From IMG/VR virus record IMGVR_UViG_3300030107_004497: 20,000 nucleotides of DNA; one strand, 5' to 3'. This stretch comes from an uncultured virus (IMG/VR IMGVR_UViG_3300030107_004497). Taxonomy: Duplodnaviria; Heunggongvirae; Uroviricota; Caudoviricetes; Crassvirales. The notes under the pieces were generated by a model. It was given only the letters and a program-made list of their open reading frames with translations. It searched no databases and was not told where the DNA came from. Below, in pieces: positions 1-6,377 of the stretch (position 1 is its first letter; the number at the start of each line of letters is the position of its first letter). The position numbers were made by a program, and so were the translations under genes.

Positions 1-1
1 G

Positions 2-3000
2 ATGGATGATAAAAAGTTTTTAGAACCAATAGGTGTTATAGATGGAAAATCTTTCAGAGAAATGAAAGGTAAGGAACAACAAACTATTTTAAATCTTGCT
101 ACACTACTTGATAAAACAATGACTTATCAAGCCATTAAAGAGCAAAAGTTAGAAGAAGGATATACACTTGATGATACTAAAACAATTTCTGATGGTGTAA
201 GTGAGTTTTCGTTTAGTAAAGCTGTTAGAAAGCTTAATCCTAGTCAAACTGAAATTTTTTATACAAAACTACCAGAACTTGGTGCCACTGTAAATCCAGC
301 ACTAAAAGATTACACTAAAGTTTCTGAAATGAAAAAAGCTTTAGAAGAGGTTTATGGTAAAGATTTGCCAGCGCCCGTTAAAACAGCTATAGCAAAAGAT
401 TTTGTAGGTTTAATTAAGAGATATCAAAACGTTATCGCTAATAACCAAACTATAGACGAGGGAACTTGGACTGAATATATAGCTGATAGCTTTAATCAAG
501 AGGCTGATAACATAGTTAAAATGCTTAATCTTGAAATTGATGGTAAAAAAATATCCGCCGCTTCTATATATGACAATCAACAAAATATAGAAAGAGGTAG
601 AAGAAAGCTTATTGAATACGGAAATAATCTTGTTAAACAAGGTAAATCTTTAGAGGAGGTTGCTAGAATAATGGCTATACTAAAACCAATGTACGCTGGT
701 AACTCTAAAGTTGGTAGAGGTATGTTTACTACTGACAAGAACGGTAAATTACAAATGGTAGAGGGTATAGAGTTTGGAACTCCTAGAAATCAAATATTTG
801 AAAGTGTGCCTATGTTTGAGAAATGGGGAGTTATGCAAATTGACGGCATGACGCCTGAAATATGGAAAAACGCTAATACAAAACTAAAGGCTCAAAATTC
901 TAAAGCTGCTATAAAAGATAGAGATTTTGACGGTAGACTAGCAGAAGCTAAAGAAGCTAGACAGGTTATAGATAGTATGATGAAATTCTTAAATAAAGAA
1001 GGCAATGATCTTGATATAGCAATGTTTATGATTAGTAATTTATCTAGCATGGACGCTCCGCTTAGAAGAGCAGCTAACTTACAATATATAGCTGATAGCG
1101 TTTTAAACATGGAAGATATAGGGAAAAATGCAGAGTACGAGCATATGATACCAGCTAATTATATGGCTTTAAAAATTATCGACCAATATAAAAACAAAGG
1201 TGGAATAAAAAACTTAGATAATTTTTATAAAAACTACAATGTAGCTATTATACCTAAAACTATGGATAAGGTTTTAAAATTACAAGGATTACAAAGTAAG
1301 ATGATGCCTGGTTATAATTTTGAAACAGACCCATCAACCAATAGATATTATAACTTTTTAACCAATGGTTTTGATGATATAGTTTCTATAAGAGATATTA
1401 ATAGTAACGAAATCGTTGGTCCTCAAGTTCAATATAGTAAAGGTATAAAACAAAACAAAGTGCTAAGCAAAGCTATGCAATTTTCAAAAAAGAAAAACAA
1501 ACCTCGAGGTATTACTGTTTTAGACTTTGATGATACATTAGCTACAACTAAATCTTTAGTTAAATACACAACGCCAAATGGTAAAACTGGTACTTTAAAC
1601 GCTGAGCAATACGCTGCTACTTATGAAGATTTATTAGACAAAGGTTATAAGTTTGATTTTTCAGAATTTAACAAAGTTGTAAAACCACAGTTAGCACCAC
1701 TGTTCAACAAGGCAATGAAACTACAAAAAAAGTTTGGTCCTGAAAATATGTTTGTATTAACAGCTAGACCACCTGCTGCTCAGAAAGCTATATTTGATTT
1801 TTTAAAAGCTAATGGCTTAAATATACCTTTAAAAAATATTACTGGTTTAGGTAATAGCACTAGTGAGGCAAAAGCGCTTTGGATAGCTGATAAAGTTGGC
1901 GAGGGTTATAATGACTTCTATTTTGCAGATGATGCATTGCAAAACGTACAAGCTGTTAAAAATATGTTAGATCAGTTTGATGTTAAGTCAAAAGTACAAC
2001 AAGCAAAACTTCAATTTAGTAAATCATCATTAGATAGTCAGTTTAATAAAATACTAGAAGAATCATCTGGTGTAGGTAGAGAAAAAGAATTTGGTAAAGC
2101 TAAAGCTCAATTAAGAGGTAAAAACAAAGGTAAATTTAAATTTTTCATACCTTATTCAGCGGAAGATTTTAATGGTTTAATGTACGCGATTTTACCCAAA
2201 GGTAAAAAAGGAGAAGAAGCTTATAATTTTTTAAAGAAAACACTTATAGATCCATACGCTAGAGGTTATAGAGACTTAAACGCAGCTAAACAGACTATAG
2301 CAAATGATTACAAAGCTTTACGAAAAGCAATGCCTGATGTTCGTAAAAAATTAACTAAAAAAATACCTAATAAAAAAGACTTTAGATATGCAGACGCTGT
2401 AAGAGTCTACTTATGGGATAAATCAGGTTTTGATATACCTGGTTTATCTGAAACAGATAGAAAGTTTTTAGTTGATTTAATAAATAAAGATAATAAATTA
2501 AAAAGTTATGCTGACGCATTAAGTTTGGTTTCTAAAAGACCAGAGGGATATACCCCACCACAAGAAAATTGGTTAGTAACAAATATACTAGGTGATTTAC
2601 AAGATGCTGTTGATAAAATTGGTAGAAAAGAATTTTTAGCAGAATGGAAGGAAAATAAAGATATTATATTTAGTCCTAAAAATTTAAATAAATTAGAAGC
2701 GGTATATGGTACTAAATATAGAGAAGCTTTAGAAGACATGCTTTTCCGTATGGAAAACGGTACTAATAGAACTAATGGTGATAATAAACTAGTAAACGCG
2801 TTTATGAATTGGACAAATAACTCTGTTGGTGCTATTATGTTCTTTAATACTAGATCCGCTGTACTACAAACATTGTCATCTGTTAATTTTATAAACTGGG
2901 GAGACAATAATATAGCTAAAGCAGCTGTCGCATTTGCTAATCAACCCCAATTTTGGAAAGATTTTGCTACATTATTTAATTCTGATATGTTAAAACAAAG

Positions 3001-4345
3001 ACGTAAAGGATTAAAAACAGATGTTAATCATGCTGAATTAACTGAAGCTGTTGGTAGATCAAAAAACCCAGCTATGGCTGCTTTAAACTACTTGTTACAA
3101 AAAGGTTTTTTACCTACGCAAATAGCTGACAGTTTTGCAATATCTTCAGGTGGTGCTACCTTTTATAGAAATAGAATAAATACTTATTTAAAACAAGGAT
3201 TAAGTCAAAAAGAAGCAGAAGAAAGAGCATTTACTGATTTTCAAGAAATAGCAGAAGCAACACAGCAATCTTCTAGACCAGATTTTATATCACAACAACA
3301 AGCGTCAGCATTAGGTAGGTTAATATTAGCTTTTCAAAATACACCTATGCAGTACATGAGATTAACTAAAAGAGCCATGCAAGATTTAGTTAGTGGAAGG
3401 GGAGATTGGAAAACACACGTGTCTAGAATATTATATTATGGCGCTATACAAAATGTAATATTTTATGCTTTACAACAGGGATTATTTGCTTTAGCTTTTG
3501 ATGATGAAGAAGATGACGAGAAAAAAGCCGCTAAAGAGGAGGAGAAGATGGAGAAAATAATGAATGGTATGCTTGATAGTATATTGAGAGGTATAGGCGT
3601 TGGAGGTGCGGTAGCTTCAACTATTAAGAACATGATAATAAAAATTGGTGAAGAAGATGAAAAAGATTGGAACTCAGACTTTGATAATGTAGTAATTGAA
3701 GGCTTGCAATTATCCCCACCAATAGGATCTAAAGTTAGAAAAGCTAGAAGCGCTGGAAGATCTTATAAATACAATAAAGACGTGATAAAAAACATGAGCA
3801 TGTTTAACATAGACAATCCTGTTTGGGATGTTGTTGGTAATGTAGTATCTTTTAGTACAAATTTTCCTTTAGATAGATATGTAAATAAACATAGAAATAT
3901 TAAAGACGCTCTTGATGATCAAAATGAAGCTTGGCAAAGAGTTGCTTTAATGTTAGGTTGGAATCGCTGGGGATTAGATATGGGTAAACCAGAAGAAGTT
4001 GAGCTTATTAAAACAGAGCTTAAACAAAAAAAGCAAGAACAAAGAAAACAAAAAGAAAAAATAAAAAGAGAGGAAAAGAAAAAAGAAAAAGAAAAAGAAA
4101 ATGAAGCTGTAATAGAAAGTAATAAAGAAAAAAGTAAAAAAGACGGTGTTTGTTCAGCTGTAAGTAAAAGCGGTAAAAGATGTGGTAATTCTGTGGTTCC
4201 TGGAAAATTATTTTGTACTGTTCACGAAAAAGTTGAACAAAGAGCGGGTGGAGAAAAATCTCAATGTAAAAAGATAAAAGGTGATGGTAAAAGGTGTAAA
4301 ATGCAAACTAGTAATAAATCAGGGTATTGCTACTATCACGATTAA
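2..4345 (+). CDS. Giant multidomain (polyvalent-type, probably virion-ejected) phage protein, likely 5'-truncated; contains an HNH-like segment, a HAD-superfamily phosphatase domain, a long helical region and two C-terminal CCCH zinc-finger-like motifs
   Basis: 1447-aa ORF open from the window edge. HAD motifs: VLDFDDTL (1523-1537), VLTARP, EAKA, YFADDA. EYEHMIPA at about 1133-1156. C-terminal CSAVSKSGKRC...FCTVH and CKKIKGDGKRC...YCYYH. Lies upstream of structural and lysis genes. Confidence 0.75.
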   Translation: MDDKKFLEPIGVIDGKSFREMKGKEQQTILNLATLLDKTMTYQAIKEQKLEEGYTLDDTKTISDGVSEFSFSKAVRKLNPSQTEIFYTKLPELGATVNPALKDYTKVSEMKKALEEVYGKDLPAPVKTAIAKDFVGLIKRYQNVIANNQTIDEGTWTEYIADSFNQEADNIVKMLNLEIDGKKISAASIYDNQQNIERGRRKLIEYGNNLVKQGKSLEEVARIMAILKPMYAGNSKVGRGMFTTDKNGKLQMVEGIEFGTPRNQIFESVPMFEKWGVMQIDGMTPEIWKNANTKLKAQNSKAAIKDRDFDGRLAEAKEARQVIDSMMKFLNKEGNDLDIAMFMISNLSSMDAPLRRAANLQYIADSVLNMEDIGKNAEYEHMIPANYMALKIIDQYKNKGGIKNLDNFYKNYNVAIIPKTMDKVLKLQGLQSKMMPGYNFETDPSTNRYYNFLTNGFDDIVSIRDINSNEIVGPQVQYSKGIKQNKVLSKAMQFSKKKNKPRGITVLDFDDTLATTKSLVKYTTPNGKTGTLNAEQYAATYEDLLDKGYKFDFSEFNKVVKPQLAPLFNKAMKLQKKFGPENMFVLTARPPAAQKAIFDFLKANGLNIPLKNITGLGNSTSEAKALWIADKVGEGYNDFYFADDALQNVQAVKNMLDQFDVKSKVQQAKLQFSKSSLDSQFNKILEESSGVGREKEFGKAKAQLRGKNKGKFKFFIPYSAEDFNGLMYAILPKGKKGEEAYNFLKKTLIDPYARGYRDLNAAKQTIANDYKALRKAMPDVRKKLTKKIPNKKDFRYADAVRVYLWDKSGFDIPGLSETDRKFLVDLINKDNKLKSYADALSLVSKRPEGYTPPQENWLVTNILGDLQDAVDKIGRKEFLAEWKENKDIIFSPKNLNKLEAVYGTKYREALEDMLFRMENGTNRTNGDNKLVNAFMNWTNNSVGAIMFFNTRSAVLQTLSSVNFINWGDNNIAKAAVAFANQPQFWKDFATLFNSDMLKQRRKGLKTDVNHAELTEAVGRSKNPAMAALNYLLQKGFLPTQIADSFAISSGGATFYRNRINTYLKQGLSQKEAEERAFTDFQEIAEATQQSSRPDFISQQQASALGRLILAFQNTPMQYMRLTKRAMQDLVSGRGDWKTHVSRILYYGAIQNVIFYALQQGLFALAFDDEEDDEKKAAKEEEKMEKIMNGMLDSILRGIGVGGAVASTIKNMIIKIGEEDEKDWNSDFDNVVIEGLQLSPPIGSKVRKARSAGRSYKYNKDVIKNMSMFNIDNPVWDVVGNVVSFSTNFPLDRYVNKHRNIKDALDDQNEAWQRVALMLGWNRWGLDMGKPEEVELIKTELKQKKQEQRKQKEKIKREEKKKEKEKENEAVIESNKEKSKKDGVCSAVSKSGKRCGNSVVPGKLFCTVHEKVEQRAGGEKSQCKKIKGDGKRCKMQTSNKSGYCYYHD

Positions 4346-4375
4346 AGAATTAAAAAAATAAGTGACTATATAACA

Positions 4376-5476
4376 ATGGTGAAAAGATTAATAATATTAT
4401 TAACAATATTTTTAGTGGCTTGCTCAGCTCCTAAAAAATGTTGTTCGCAAACAGATTTAAATATAGATGTTAAAAAACTATTAAAGTTTTCTACGTTTTA
4501 TGCTGCTGTTAATGGTGGTACCTCATTGTCTGATGTTGATATATTTTCTGTAGATAACGGTTTGTCTACACAAACTATTTCAACTCCTTATGATTATAAT
4601 TTTACCATAGGTTTACGTAAGATAGCAAGATTTGGTTATGAAAATAAAGCACAAACGTTTTATGATGGAACGGAATCTAATTACAGTGACGCAGCTACTG
4701 TAGGTAAAGTTAAAGGAGTTGAATACTTATTTGAAGTTGACTACAAAAGACAAGAAGGTGTAGATTACATGGATCAACACCATTTTATTAGATTTAGTTC
4801 TGACGATGGTTGTCCTAGCGGTTTGTGTGTAAATTTCTTTGCTTTAAAAGTAGAATATTTACAAGATGGTTTTGCTGATGTAGAATACTTCGAAGCATCT
4901 GAAAGATATAGGCATCGTAAAGGTAAAAACTTATCTTGGAACATTGGTTTAGCACATAGATTAGCGGAGCCTTATGGTTATGATCCGCTTGCTAGTTGGA
5001 TGTTATCAAACGGTAATATTCATTATACTTATTTAGCTATAGAAGAAGGTTACAATGTAGATGTTCATAAAGGTTTTTATTATGATCCATCTGGCAAGTT
5101 AGTAGCAACTAGTTCTGAAGTTTGGGAAGCTGTTGTTATACCAGAAGTATTGTCTGATTATACTGAAAAGAAAAGAGACGAATTAAGTAGAATAATGCAA
5201 CACTCTATAGTAATGGGTTTTGATTATTATAAATATTCTAAAAAAACATGGCTACACGCTTGGGGAAATTTATTACCGTATCATTACGATGATGGCAGCG
5301 AATTTAGTTATCACAATTACATAGAAGATGATCAATGGTATGATTATTCGTTTGGTTTTATATACGGTATAAAACAAAATAAAAACTTAGGATATTTTTT
5401 AGAAGGTAAATATAATAAGTACTGGAATAGAGAATGGTATGATTTTAAATTAGGGTTAAATTATACAATATTTTAA
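4376..5476 (+). CDS. Exported protein, putative outer-membrane beta-barrel
   Basis: N-terminal signal (MVKRLIILLTIFLVAC, possible lipobox). Tyr/Phe/Gly-rich alternating strands (YSFGFIYGI, LGYFLEGKY). C-terminal YDFKLGLNYTIF ends in Phe like a BAM beta-signal. Confidence 0.65.
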   Translation: MVKRLIILLTIFLVACSAPKKCCSQTDLNIDVKKLLKFSTFYAAVNGGTSLSDVDIFSVDNGLSTQTISTPYDYNFTIGLRKIARFGYENKAQTFYDGTESNYSDAATVGKVKGVEYLFEVDYKRQEGVDYMDQHHFIRFSSDDGCPSGLCVNFFALKVEYLQDGFADVEYFEASERYRHRKGKNLSWNIGLAHRLAEPYGYDPLASWMLSNGNIHYTYLAIEEGYNVDVHKGFYYDPSGKLVATSSEVWEAVVIPEVLSDYTEKKRDELSRIMQHSIVMGFDYYKYSKKTWLHAWGNLLPYHYDDGSEFSYHNYIEDDQWYDYSFGFIYGIKQNKNLGYFLEGKYNKYWNREWYDFKLGLNYTIF

Positions 5477-5486
5477 ATAAATAATT

Positions 5487-5720
5487 ATGGGATATACAAT
5501 GAATGGGTTTAGTGGTTTTGGAAACTCACCAAATAAAAGTGTTAAAGATTGGGGAAAAAGGGCATTAACAGTAGCTAAACCATTTTTAAAAGGAGCCGTG
5601 AAAAGAGTTACTGGTCCAGTAGGTTTAGTATTAGGCTCTACGTCAACGTCTTCAACTGATCAACCAGGCACTGGAGGACATGGAGGTAGAAAAACAGGTA
5701 GTATTCGTGATATGATATAA
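5487..5720 (+). CDS. Small basic Gly-rich hypothetical protein
   Basis: 77-aa ORF filling the gap in the plus-strand operon, with an A-rich leader (aaataaataattATG). N-terminus MGYTMNGFSGFGNSP. Confidence 0.6.
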   Translation: MGYTMNGFSGFGNSPNKSVKDWGKRALTVAKPFLKGAVKRVTGPVGLVLGSTSTSSTDQPGTGGHGGRKTGSIRDMI

Positions 5721-5732
5721 CTTTGATAAAAT

Positions 5733-6014
5733 ATGGCAAAAGAATTAAATGAAAATACTAGTTTTAAAATTAGTATACAAACACTAATAGCTATAGGTTT
5801 TGGTATGGCTACAATTATTGGAATGTGGTTTGCGTTACAAGCAGATATTGCGGAAGCAAAAGAATTACCCGTAATACCACCGGATGAAGTTACCCGAATG
5901 GAGTTTAACATGAAGGATCAGATGATTCGTAATACCATTATGGAAACTCAAGATGATGTAAAAGAAATTAAAGCTTCTATAGAAAAAATAGAGGATAAAT
6001 TATATAATAGATAA
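5733..6014 (+). CDS. Single-TM membrane protein with C-terminal coiled coil (holin-like or accessory membrane protein)
   Basis: Hydrophobic helix TLIAIGFGMATIIGMWFAL, then heptad-like DDVKEIKASIEKIEDKL. Its stop abuts the next ATG. Confidence 0.6.
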   Translation: MAKELNENTSFKISIQTLIAIGFGMATIIGMWFALQADIAEAKELPVIPPDEVTRMEFNMKDQMIRNTIMETQDDVKEIKASIEKIEDKLYNR

Positions 6015-6377
6015 ATGAAAAAATATAATGGTATTGGGAAATTATTTGTTAGCTGCGGGCTTGTTATTTTGTTTATGTTATTTTATAACACAACCTTTGG
6101 ACAAATTCAAGTAACGCATTTTAACGCCGGTTGGAATAGTTCTAACGATGTTTCTTGGGTAATGGATCTAGAGGATTGCAAAACTATAGGGCACACAGAT
6201 ATAGCTAAAGATACGAAAGCACAAGCAAAATACAAAATAGCAGTAGTACCTACTATTATAATATTTAAAGACGGCGAAGAGGTTGCTAGATTTCAAGCAG
6301 ATTTAAGTTTTAAAATGGTAGCAACTAAAGAAGAAGTACAAGAAGAAATAGATAATCAATTAATGAGCGATTTTTAA
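6015..6377 (+). CDS. Exported thioredoxin-fold protein lacking CXXC
   Basis: C-terminal half AKYKIAVVPTIIIFKDGEEVARF is a typical Trx cis-Pro/beta3-beta4 segment. The position of WCxxC reads HFNAGWNSSN. N-terminal hydrophobic signal ends TTFG|Q. Confidence 0.7.
   Translation: MKKYNGIGKLFVSCGLVILFMLFYNTTFGQIQVTHFNAGWNSSNDVSWVMDLEDCKTIGHTDIAKDTKAQAKYKIAVVPTIIIFKDGEEVARFQADLSFKMVATKEEVQEEIDNQLMSDF

Noticed and set aside
5718..5725. TAACTTTG matching the Bacteroidota -7 promoter element (TAnnTTTG)
   Set aside because: It overlaps a stop codon only 7 nt before the next ATG, with no convincing -33 TTG element, so a chance match is likely.
6015..6377. Thioredoxin (trxA) acting as the RNR reductant
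   Set aside because: No CXXC, it has a signal peptide, and it sits in the opposite-strand module.
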